NCBI GenBank assembly: GCA_051294375.1
Contig: CM119268.1
Span: 240,879 to 304,878, forward strand
Direction: 5' to 3'
From: Paraspadella gotoi
Taxonomy: Eukaryota > Animalia > Chaetognatha
Length of the DNA stretch: 64,000 nucleotides
Shown here: in pieces, positions 12,740 through 24,700 of the stretch
Layout of the letters: every line of letters starts with the position of its first letter
Numbering within the stretch: position 1 is the first letter of the stretch
Program-made: the position numbers and the translations under genes
The notes under the pieces: model-generated
Told to the model about the DNA's origin: nothing
Seen by the model: only the letters and a program-made list of their open reading frames with translations
The model's database searches: none

Positions 12740-13110
12740 AATGATGTAGAGAGTTAAAGAGAAATTGATGTAGAGAGTTAAAGAGAATTTGATGCAGAGA
12801 GAAATAGAGAAACTGATGTAGAGAGTGAAAGAGAAAATCGTATAGAGAGTGGATAAAGAAATGATGTAAAAAGTGAAAGATATGAAAGATATGAAAAAGA
12901 AAATGATGTAGAGAGTTAAAGAAAAATGGATATAAAGCGTGAAAGAGAAATTGATGTAGAAAGTGAAAGATATTTTGATGTAGAAAGTAAAAGAAAAATT
13001 GATGTAAAAAGGGAGGGAGGACTTAATGTAGTCAAAGAGTAATTGATTTAGAAAATGAAAGAAAAAGTGATGTAGAGAATGAAAGAGAAATTGATGAAAA
13101 GAATGATGTA
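12740..13110. repeat. ~24-bp minisatellite GAGAAATTGATGTAGAGAGTTAAA
   Basis: Direct inspection; paralogous array at 47690-48065. Confidence 0.85.
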
Positions 13111-13295
13111 GAGAAAAACGACAGATTTTCAAAGGCTATTAGGCTAGATTGAATGTATAATAGTATTATATTGTACAATGATTGTGGCGGTTAGACTAGA
13201 AACGCCACGTGCGTCTGCGTCTCTGACTTCCAATGTTTATTTTGAATGATTAAAATGTTTCCAGAACAAAGTCTTTAGTTTAAACTATTATAATA

Positions 13296-13645
13296 AATCG
13301 GCGTTTCATCCCCAAGATCGCTCACCACGCTCACCTCGACTCGACGGCTGACTGGATTCCCCGGCCCCACGCTACGGGCCGCTCTACGATCACTCCAAGG
13401 CAAACCCGCGCCTCGAGTGGACGCCAGAAGTGCCAGCGCGGCTTGCGACGCCGTCATGGGAGGCTCTCGCAACTTCCGGCTTCCTCCGTCACCACGAAGC
13501 GGCGCTCAATTCGCCCCTGACGAGCAGATGCTTCGACCACGCCATCGGCGCCCGTCCTGGAGCAGCGCGGAGAAAAAGATGGGAACCTCTCGCCTTCTTT
13601 TCGGGCAAAACTCTTCGACAGCGCCAAAAGGACAGTGGCTTACAG
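13296..13645 (+). mobile_element. Ty3/gypsy pol fragment (RT thumb/connection and start of RNase H)
   Basis: Across frameshifts: RRFIPKIA...LEWTPE...DAVM.ALA...TxDASDHAIGAVLEQ...WEPLAFFS.K. Copies at 48250-48550 and 44968-45020. Confidence 0.8.
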
Positions 13646-13845
13646 CAATCGTCCGGCTCTAAAATTTTCTCTGTCGGTCCGTCGGTCAGAATTGAATTAT
13701 TATAACTTAAATGTCCGATCCAATCGCAAATTAATTAACTTTTAATATTTTTGAAAAATAGTAAATATTTAATTAATTAATTAATTGAGGCTGCTCACCG
13801 TAATGATCGTGGGCAGATCGGGCATTATTTGAATTAAATTGTTTT
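13636..13845 (+). mobile_element. Short HINE of the GCAGATCC family abutting the gypsy fragment
   Basis: CAGCAGATTCCGGCTCT-type 5' end (clearest in copies at 45012-45217 and 48543-48757), GTCGGTCCGTC tract, TAATGATCGTGGGCAGATC 3' end. Confidence 0.55.
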
Positions 13846-14034
13846 CAATTAAATTCTGTTTCAGTATTTTTTTTCACGTTTTTTGATTCCTGCTCGATTG
13901 TGAAAAACCACGACGAGTGAAAAATCACAAATCACGGGAAATACGAGTTGCGTAACTGAAGTTGAATCAGAATGAAAACAATAAATTAGAAAAAAAAAGA
14001 GAGAGGAGAGAGAGAGAGAGCAGAGAGAGAGAGC

Positions 14035-14069
<35 letters not shown>

Positions 14070-14819
14070 AGAGAGGAGAACGAGAGAGAGAGAGAGAGAA
14101 GAGCCGAGAGAGAGAATTAGAGATAATATAAACAAGTAAGGAGACAAACAAAATTTTTGTAAAATTAAAAATAATTTCTTTTTAGATTAAACTCCTTCTC
14201 GTTTCCTGAGAAGTTTTAATGTTCAATTTTTGACATTTTTGAGGCTTTAGTTTTTGACGCTTGATCTTATTCCGCCTTCTTCTCCTCTCTTTCTCTCTCT
14301 TTCCATCTTTTCTCTCTCTCTTCTCTTCTCTCCTCTCATCTCTTCTTCGACTCGTCCTTTCTCTCCTCTCTCTCTCTCTCTCTTTCTCTCTTGTCCTCCT
14401 ACATCTATCTCTCTATCTCTCTCTCGCTCTCTCTCTCTCTCTCTCACTCTCATTGCAAGTCTCATCTCTTTCTTCTCTCTCTCTCGTCTCTCTCTCTCAC
14501 TCTCCTCTCGTTCTCTCTCTCTCCTCATCTCTCTCTTCTCCCTCTCTCTCTCTCTCAATACATGAGAACTGAAATAAAGAATTAATATATGATGAAAAAA
14601 TAGTGAATATAAAATCTGAGAGAAGAGAGGGAGATAGAGAGAGAGGAGAAAGAGAGAGAGAGAGAAAGCAAGAGAAGAGAAAAGAGAGATAAGAGAGAAA
14701 GAAGAGAAAGAGCACCCAAGCGCGGCTGTGACGTGTCGCCCTCAGCTAATCAGCGAGTCCAGTTGTCGGAAGGCCGTCAACTCGTCAAACATCCGTTGGG
14801 AGAGAGTTTGACCAGGAGG

Positions 14820-14880
<61 letters not shown>

Positions 14881-15399
14881 AGGAGAAGAGAGAGAGTTTG
14901 ACAAGAACAAACTCCTGGTCACGGAATGATGGTCTTAGCGTTGAAGAGAGAAAAGTAAAAAAAGGATGAAAAATGGGAAAAGAAAATAAAAAAGAAAATA
15001 AAAGAGAAAAAGAGAAAGAAAAGAAAAAAAGGAAGTTGATTTAATTGTTTTGCGCCACATTGATTTTCACGTGTTTTTTTGGTTCTTGACATGCAACACA
15101 CTGCATCGGACATTCAATATTTTTATTTTATTTCTTAAAACAAAAGTTATAGCAAGCAGTCGCTAGGATTCCGAAATCCACAAAAAGCCAGCTAATTTGA
15201 AACCGCGTTTAATTTCTGGTCACGTGATTGCTTTTTAAGTGATCACGTGACTTCACCTGTATAATGCATATGCACAACATGGGTCTTATTGTAACCAAAT
15301 ATGAAACTAAATTGTGATACTAACCACAGTTATTAGCAATTTGTGCAACACCAAAGTAGGACNNNNNNNNNNNNNNNNNNNNNNNNNATGGGCTGGGGT

Positions 15400-18300
15400 T
15401 GGTCCAGCTGCTGGTTGCTGTTCGGAATCTTGATTTTTTTTCCCTGTTTTTTCTTTCGTGTTCGTATTATTTCTTTCTTTTTTTCTTGTATTTCTTCTTT
15501 CAAGATAATCATTTTTCTCCTTCTTATTTTTATCTCTGCACTTTTTTTTACTGTTTTCCCTTCAAAACAAGAATAACGTTATTGACTTTTTCTATTTTTG
15601 TGATACGCGATTATCGTTAACTTTCCATCACATTCAGCCCAAACAGAAATCACAACTTCCAAGGGAGGCGCGAAATTGTACAAAAGAGTTAAGGAATATG
15701 TAAAAAAGGGTTTCTTATATTATTGAAGCCGGAGATATCATCAATCATATAAAATTTTAAGAAGGCGCAACGAAAGGCAGAAGAGGGAAGGGGAGGATGG
15801 GTGATACACAACATATCTACGAATCTCGACCGGAGAAAGGACGAGAGAAGGGAGAACGTAAAGAATCATCGCGTACAAAAACTAAACGCCTGCAAAAAAT
15901 AGTCTAAAAATTTGAGTGAGAACATCTTTCTAAAGAGTGGAATGGAGAGAAGGATTTTATCGCCTAAAAAAAATATTTTTATTTACAAATTGGTTTTTTC
16001 TCCTTTTTTACTTTTTTTTAACTCATAACCTTCATCTCTCGTCTATCTGGCTCTCTACTCCTCTCTCTCTCGCGTCTCGGGGAGGATCATATCATTAACC
16101 TTACTCTATATTGCACTAACAATCTACTGACCACATATCATCTCCCTAAGGTACTAACCACTCACTTAATAACGCTTCGGCTGGATATGGTGGATACAAT
16201 ATGGTTGGAAATAACTCGATGGAATAAATGGGATATCGCAGTGCGATAAACGCAGAGGAGTAGACGGAGTGAATATCTTTATCTTTCGCAGATATACCTG
16301 ACATATCCGATAGCGATTCCGATCCTGTTCGGATTCTAATCTTGGTGGTATGATCGTATGATACCTAATGCATTTTTTTTTTTCCTCCTTTGACGCGTGT
16401 TGCGTCCTCTGTACGTGAAGTCCGCTACTGGATGGCCGAAGGTCGAAGAATTAGCGGAATCGTCTTAGTCTTGTGTCAGATCCTCATTCGTCATCTTCGT
16501 TTGGGACGTTTTCCGCTTTCGTTTTTTGTTTTCTTTATCTCTGCTTCCATCTTTCGGGGAACACGTTAGATAAGGCGGATTCAGATTCGGCCACCTCCTG
16601 GTCTTGGCCCCCAGGGTGTCTCTCCACACATTTCTTCGTTGCATTCCAGGTACCCCCCGTCTCTGTCGCCTCTGTTCGCCTGCTCTGAGGGCCAGCCCCC
16701 CCTCCGTGTCGTCACACGCCTTTAAGACGATCTCCCAGAGCACTCCGTCCCTATCGGTCCGCTCAGTCCGGACCTGGCGGCTCGTCCAACCCGCCAGCCT
16801 CAATTCTCGTCGGTATCTTCCCGCCATCGGATAGAGTGCCACATACGTTGCTATCTTTTCCTTTGTATCATTCTCTCTGCGGCTCTTTTAGTCCAGAATC
16901 CTGGTTCTTTTTTTTTTTTTTTAGAACATCGTTGTGAGAAGCGAAAACGAGAAAAAAAATTTAAAACGGAAAAAAATACAATTTGTGTCTTGAATCTGAA
17001 CCGACTTCTGAACTAACATTTGTCATAACGTTCGTTATATTAAACATGAAAGAGAGCATGCAATTAGCTTTGAGATATTATTTTAAAATATTTTCTTATC
17101 CCTCTATAGTATTTAAACATTTCTGCTCGCAAATAGAGGTTACGTTTAGAAAAAACAGCGAACAGAGATTAAACCGATTCGGGAATTAAGTAAGTTATGT
17201 TTAAAAAAAATCAGTTCATTATAACCCAAAAAAAAACGACCTTTAGAAGATACACGAGACGGGAACGTTTTCGCGACGCATCTCCAAAACAAAATACGTT
17301 TGGAGAGGTGCTACCCTTAGGGGCAGACCGGAAAAAAAACAGGGACGACAGAGAAGAGAAGGTCGTCCATCGGGCAGGACGAAAAAAAAAAAGGGTCAAA
17401 CTTTTTTAGCGGTTCCGAATGGCAGGTAACCGCGCGGGAAGGAGGGGCGGGTCGAGGGTCAGGAGTGCAAATTATCGTCGTGGATTGAGAGGAAGTAGCG
17501 AGGTCAAAGGCAAGGGTTCGATCGAGCAGCGATTCAAAGCTAAATGTTCCATCGTGGATCAACGTGTTGATGTGGGTAACTTTGAGAATCAAATCGTATA
17601 TATACGATTTTAAAATTTTATTAATATTAGTAATTAGTGAGGATAGACGCGAAGGAAATTTGTTCTTCATTCGTTGACCAATCCAATTTAGTTTTCTCAA
17701 CCTTTTTTACCTCAACTTTGGAGGCTTCAACGGAGATCCAGGTTTTTCCTCTGTTGCTAAGTTTAGAGACCAAAAGGTTCCTTCCTTCTTGGGCGAGACT
17801 TAATCAGTGTTTTTTACAGCTGGCAATGTTTTGCATTGGGTCGGACGAAAAAGGGCAGAGAGAGGATAGTATTGAGAGTGAGCAGACGGTGCTGTGGTTT
17901 GAAAAGGAAAAGGAAGGAAGGAAGAAAAAAGGAAAGGAGTAGCATGGTGGGTCGAGATGGAAGAAATTTGGGCCGATGGAAGAACGGGAAGACGTTAAAA
18001 ACTTCTTAAATGGATGAGGAAAAACAACAGAGTTGCACAGTCATTTCGTCATAAAGGCTGTTGAGCGCTCTCTCTCCTCTTCTCTCTCTCTCACTCTCTC
18101 TCTCTCTCTTTCTCTTTCTCTCTCTCTCTTCTCTGTTTCTCTCTAAGTTGATTTTCTCTAACAAAAGATCTACCGACCTCTGAAGGATAAGGAGTGCGAG
18201 AGAAGCAAAGATATTTGAGAACGATTGGACGACAATCGACGGACGGACGACAACGAAGACGACGCAACCGCCACTAACTTTTTCGACAGAGAGGGAAAGA

Positions 18301-19870
18301 AATCGTTTTCAAACCGGCTTTAGGAACCGTAAGTCTGAACAAAAATAAATAAACCTAACTAGAAATAGTTGATTTGATAATAACCAGTGCACTCGGTATG
18401 ATTCGCCTGAGAGGCATTCCCAAAAAAAATATCGTTACCGAGGATTCGTCCCTCGCCGCCGTCCATATCGCATCTGCTTTATGATGACCTGCGCCAGTTC
18501 GCCGAGCGGTTCGTCGCTCCGGATTCGGAATGTTGTAGACGTTCCTTGGAAAAATCGGCAATAAAACTCATGGAGAAAGGGAGGCAACGAGAGAATGGCG
18601 ACCGGCGAGACGGCGAAGATAAGACGAATCGATAGCACGACTCTCCTCTCTTTTACCGTTCGCGTGAAATGAATGTTGGCAGATTATTGTGATGTCGTCA
18701 GTGGTAGGCGCCCCGCGTCGATTGTTCGGTACAATGTGAAGATCACTTATTATTAGGAGTGTTGGAACTACGACGACGACGACGACGACGAGCGACTCGC
18801 GGACGATCGACGACGGTTGAGTAAGAAGAAGCAAAGAAGAGGAAAGTGAGACGTTAGAAGAGGACGACCCCCAAAGACGACGGACATAAGATAACGATCG
18901 ACGACTTTTTTTTTTCCGAAACTTCGGCCCTTCATCTCTCCGTTCAGAGGGGTCACGAGTTCGAGTTGCGGGTTCTGTCCGTCCGAGGTTTTTTTTTTTT
19001 CGGCAGGGAGAGAGAGAGGGCGATTGGCGATGCGAGCCGGGCCGAAGATTGGCGTGAATAAGTGTGATGGGCGAGCGGCTGAAGGAAGCGGCAGGAGGAT
19101 TTAAAGAATGACTGGAGGATTTTTATCTTTGAGTTTGAATTAAATTGATTTAGAAGATGAGAAGCAAAACTTGGGTTGATTAAAAAGAGCGGCGCTTGTG
19201 GTTTCGATGGTTCTGTACTGGCGCGTGCCAGATCGCATGCCATGCATGGAGAAGACAGATACTAATCTTTGATAAGCATAATATCAATTATACACTATAT
19301 ATAATGTCTTGAAAGCGTGCGTTTCCTTTATAATATAAACCGTATAACATAGCTATAAAATAATTAATCAGTGAGGACCAAAATTTTGATCATATATTTT
19401 TTTCCTTCGAAAAATATTATTAGTTAGCAAGTGATCGGCGTTTGCTGATTGGCGAGCGAATCGTATGAAACCGTAACTAGAAGCAGTCTGCTGCCCGGCT
19501 GATGAGAGATGGTCTGGGGTGGCAACGGTGTGGAGTATATCTACCGGGTATAGGCAGTCGGCCTTGGATGGGGGCCAGATGCGGTCTTGTCGGATCGCCG
19601 GTTCTGCCCAGGAAGATTTTGAGCCAGGTGAGGCAATGCGCGAATTACTCTCGGCGCCATCAGCCCGTAAGATCTCGTAGTTCGCCGCAGCCGTGACGAC
19701 GTAACGTCGTTTACGGCGACAAGGTTGCGAAAACAACCGATGCCTCTTTCGTTCATGGGTGTGGGCCCAAGGGCTGGGGTCTCGATCAAGGACGGCAATG
19801 GATTGGCAGGCAGATTACAGGGATCTCCGTGGTATATGGTTCTTCGATGTCATGTTTGTTAACATTTTGG
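15400..19870 (-). pseudogene. Multi-exon gene fragment, possibly a divergent PI3K catalytic-subunit N-terminus (ABD-RBD-C2); frameshifted, likely by read errors
   Basis: GC-rich exon-like blocks between AT-rich/(CT)n spacers, in minus-strand order: EIPVICLP (~19810), TSTTFRIRSDEPLGELAQVIIKQM...|gtaac (~18440-18550), YDLILKVTHINTLIHDG (~17550-17600), ALYPMAGRYRRELRLAGWTSRQV (~16770-16840). Similarity judged by eye only. Confidence 0.35.
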
Positions 19871-21162
19871 GAGTTCGTTTGTAGTGTGTTTTTAAGGATT
19901 TTTCTTTATTCAGGTTTATTTGCTTAATATTCTCAATTAATTCACAATGTTATACCAAAACTTACCAAGCTTAATGAGGGAGAATTCTCGGGTTTAACGC
20001 TCCTCTAAAAACTAAGCAGCTTTCCGGTCGTATTATTGGCAAACCATAGAGTCTCGTCTTGTAAAATCTTATACCAACACGGTAGGAATCCTACCGAACG
20101 TTAATCCCGTGACCCCTGACATCGATCATCTGATTCCCGGTGCAGAGAGGAGACGAGAATTTTAAGAGATATATTTTAAAAAAGTAAAAAGGAGAAAAAC
20201 AAATTTTGTAAATTTAAAAATAATTCTTTGTACTCGTTTTAGAGATAAGATTCTGTCTTCGTTTCTGAGAAAGTTTATTCGTCAAATTTTTTGACATTTT
20301 TTGAGGCTCTGAGGTATTTTTTTGAGAATACCAAACGCTTGAATCTTATTTTACTACTATCTCTTATACTCTTCTTTTTCTCTCTTTACTCATATCTTCT
20401 CTCTTATATATCTCCTACTTTCTATTCTCTGCTTCTTCCTTCTCTTCTTATCTCTCTCCTCTTTTCATTCTCTTCTCTATGACCACAAGGCTCTCTGCTA
20501 CTCCTCGTAACGACTCTTTAACATCTCCTAACTGCTCTGCTCTTTCATTCTCTCTCTCTTCTCTCTACTCATCTCATCTCTTACGTGCCTCTGCTTCTTT
20601 CTGCTCTCCCTCTTGCTCTCTCTCTCTTTTCTTCTCTCTCATCTCTCTCTTCACTCAGTGCACTTTCTCTCTCCTCTTTCTCTCTCTCTTCTCTCTCTCT
20701 CTTCTCGTGCTTTCCTTCTCTCTCATCTCTCTATTCTCCTGCCTCTCATCTTCTCTCCATCCATCATTCAAAGGTCTTCTCTTCTTCATCTCTCTTTCTG
20801 CTCAATCTCTCGTCACTCTCCTCTCTACCAACGGATGCCGGCGACACGAGATCGCCGCTTGACTGCGCAACCCTCTCTCTCTCAGATACATGAGAACTGA
20901 AAGAATAAAGAAATTAATATATGATCGAAAAAATAGTCGAATATAAAATCTGAGAGAAGAGAGGGAGATAGAGCGAGAGAGAGAAAGAGAGAGAGAGGAG
21001 AAAGCAACGGAGAGGAGAAAAGTCCTGAGAAAAGACTAAGAGAGAAAGAGAGAAAGAGCACCCAAGCGCGGCTGTGACGTGTCGCCCTCAGCTTATCAGC
21101 GAGTCCGAGTTGTCGGAAAAGCCGTCAAACTGTCAGAACATCCGTCGGGAGAGAGTTGACCA

Positions 21163-21203
<41 letters not shown>

Positions 21204-21349
21204 TTTGACCAGAACAAACTCCCTGGTCACGGGATGATGGTCTTCAGCGTTGAAGAGAGAAAAGTAAAAAAAGGATGAAAAATGGGAAAAGAAAATAAAA
21301 AAGAAAATAAAAGAGAAAAAGAGAAAGAAAGAAAAAAAGGAAGTTGATT

Positions 21350-21792
21350 TAATTGTTTTGCGCCACATTGACTTTCACGTGTTTTTTTGGTTCTTGACAT
21401 GACACACACTGCATCGGAATTCAATATTTTTATTTTATTTCTTAAAACAAAAGTTATAGCAAGCAGTCGCTAGGATTCCGAAATCACCAAAAAGCAGCTA
21501 ATTTGAAACCGCGTTTAATTTCTGGTCACGTGATTGCTTTTTAAGTGATCACGTGACTTCACCTGTATAATGCATATGCACAACATGGGTCTTATTGTAA
21601 CCAAATATGAACTAAATTGATGAAGTACTAACCAAGTTATTAGCATTTTGCAACCAAAGTAGGACAGACCAATGAATAGACATACCGACTTACAAACCAA
21701 CCAACTGACTGACAGACCGACCGACCGACAGACAGACCGACCCCCAGGTATCTCGTAGAGTTCCTACGTGATTTCTCGTGGCGCAAGAAAAA
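21350..21792 (-). mobile_element. HINE (TTGCGCCAC family)
   Basis: Sub-terminal inverted repeats TTGCGCCAC (~21358) / GTGGCGCAA (~21778) and (GACC/GACA)n tract. Copies at 15045-15362 (gap-truncated), 49712-50750 and ending ~61160. Confidence 0.6.
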
Positions 21793-24700
21793 ACAAGAAT
21801 GAGGATTTAAAACGCAATAACTTTTTTATTTGGAAAATTATAATATGTTTATATATATTAAAAATATTATTGTTTTTTAACGAAAATAAATAAATATTAA
21901 GTGAAAAAAAAAATATGCATTGGCTTTTTAATTATTTGTCCATATTTATATAAAGTCATATAATTTTAAAACCATAAAATATATGCAAAACAATTAGGTA
22001 ATAACTAACAAAGAACTTAGTAATCAATCAATCAATTATCATATTTTTTTAAAACATCGTCTGGCTGCATTTTTATGAAATATGCAAACTAAAAAGATCA
22101 TATAGATTTTTGTATTTTTAACTATAAGCTAAATTAATCCAGTATTATTTAAGTCTTGAGCCTCTAAGTTATAAGTATGATAGGCAAACAGATGGACCGA
22201 CCGACTGAAAAGTGTCTGGAAGAGTCGCCGCGTAACTAAAAGAAGAATCGCGAAAAAAAACCTGAGTAGAAGGACAGGAAATCAATAACACCAAAGACAT
22301 TTTCTACACATACATAGGTGGCGGGTGTTCCTAATACGAAGACGTGAGAGAACATAGGCTTGGCAAATGAAGACAGAGAAGAGAGAGAACGAGAGGAGAG
22401 AGAGAGAGACGAGAGAAGAGAGAGGAGAGATTAGTTTTATATTACAAAATGAATTGACGAAAAGAAAAATATAATACAGTGGTTGTCCCAATTGGATATG
22501 CAACTGTCGGGTTTAACTTTTTACGATTTATTGTGGCGGAACTTGTGTTATTAAATGTTTATTTCTGCGATGATAAACAATGTCAAAGATAAGTTCTTAC
22601 ATTTAAGATACTTTACTTTGAATTCAATTTTTATCAATTTTTCTTTTCAAAACATTCAATTTAAATGAGTCCTCATTGCTCACTTTTTTAATTTTTAGAT
22701 AATTTGTGTTATTTTAAAATACATTTTAATAAAAAAAATTACATAAAAAATATTTAAAATAGATATAAATTATTTAAATTTTAATTTGTATAAAATAAGT
22801 GCATTAATAAAAACAAAAAAAAAACAACTATTAAAAAATGAAAAAAATTGATAAAAATATGCCAATTAATTTGATATTTAAATTTTATTATTTGAAATTG
22901 TGAGCGATTGAATTATTAAGCCAGAACAAAAGGGTTGCTATTTATTCAATAATTTATTATTAAATAAATTCAAAAATTATTCAATAATGATTACTGCATT
23001 AAAAAAGCTCTGAAGCTAAAAATATGAGGTACCCTTTTTACCAATTGCTTTATGTCATAACTACAGGAGTATGACTTGTTCAATTTTTAAAATTTAAGTA
23101 TCCTTTAAAATGGTCCATACTTGTGCGCATATTCATTGTAATGAATAAAAGTTTTTCGATCTGGTATTGGAGCAGTAAGCTTTTCTTAACAGACAGTACC
23201 ATTAGGACACACTTTATATCTTTAAATTTAAAAACAATTATGGCCAGCTTTACTTTAAAAAAGACATCGATATAAATATGTAACAATACAATANNNNNNN
23301 NNNNNNNNNNNNNNNNNNTCGATGACCTTCAAGTGCATCGGGCTTTATGGGCGTAATTGATTTGATCTTTCCAGAATCACCAACTAAAGCTGCTGGCCTG
23401 TGATGGTTCTGAAAACCTTTATCGTTCTGTCCGCTCGGCTTAGCCCGGTAATGGCGTTCATACTTGCAACCAGTTTGGCTTGTGTTTGTCTTCGTCAAGC
23501 ATTACGATGTTGATGCGGTCATCTCGCCAGCATCTCGAGCTATGATGACCGAGGGTCCAGTCTTTTTGCTGGATATCTGTGCGAATGAAGTATCTGCATC
23601 TTTCGTTTTGGTTTTTCCGTAAAGTTTCTCCATATTTCTTTTTCTTTTTTCAAAGCTTTGTTCTTGTAACTCAAAAATCTAGTTCTGAGACTTTAGTTTC
23701 CTGTTTCTAGAATTTGCGCCATCAGGTGAGTGTTGGGCGTGGCAGTGATTAGGTCAAGGTGTGTTGGAGTCTCGCTGTCCCCAGCTGGGTTTTCGGCATA
23801 TCCAGGTTCGTATTGCCCTCTACGTCAAAACCAGCGGGAAAAGGGAGTATCCAAGGGTGTGATTTTGACCTTGTTCAGTGAAGCGGGTGAGGAAGCGGCT
23901 GGGTTGTCCTCGCTGTCTTCCACCAGCACAACTTCTTTGGTTGGCACTCCTGTTTTATATCTCCGTATCCATCGGAGGACGTTTGTGGGAAGTAATTGCT
24001 GCTTATCGTGTTGGAGGTCCATGACTCTTTTGAAAGTATGAGAGCCGTTACAAGGTGACTCTCCGGCCGCCACGTGTAGCCTTTGTACTTCCTCACCTCA
24101 TGTTGAATGCCAGCGTCTCGAGGATGTTAATGTGTTGATTCGATATTCTTCGGGGAAGGATTTCGAGTGAAAGGAAAGATGGGTTACTCTATTCCATCAG
24201 CTGTGGCTGTGATCAGCCGCCCATTGCTGTGGAGCTTGCATCAGCATAAATCCTGTAAGAGCCTTGCCTGATTCTTTGATCATTGAGAAAATTGAGCCCG
24301 TGAGGTTTTGATCCTCAATGAGAAGTGGAGCATTCTTTGTGGCTTTCAGTTAATTTGAAATCCTTTTTGTCCAGCAAATGTGAGAGCATGTAAAGGTTGT
24401 GCTATATACGAAAATCTGTGTGTGAAACATCTGTAATAGTTTGTGAGGCACATAGCCCTCAGGTCTTTCTGAGTCTTTATGTTTTTGAGTTGATTTCCGC
24501 CAGCCTCGAGTTTTTCCCTTTGGGGGAAGGAGCTTGCTGTTGGAAATGCTGAAGGCCGAGGATCTTTGATATCCTCTTTCCGAGAAGTAGTACACTCTTC
24601 GTCCATTTGAGCACAACATTTTCATCTCTGCATTTTGAAGCAGCTCACGTAATCTTTCAGGCCATGTCTTCCGCCGATTTGGCGGTAAGGATTAAGTCAT

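Noticed and set aside
22731-23293. Giant 560-bp target-site duplication of the gypsy element
   Set aside because: Integrase TSDs are 4-6 bp; the duplication ends at a 25-N gap and is better explained by co-assembled alleles.
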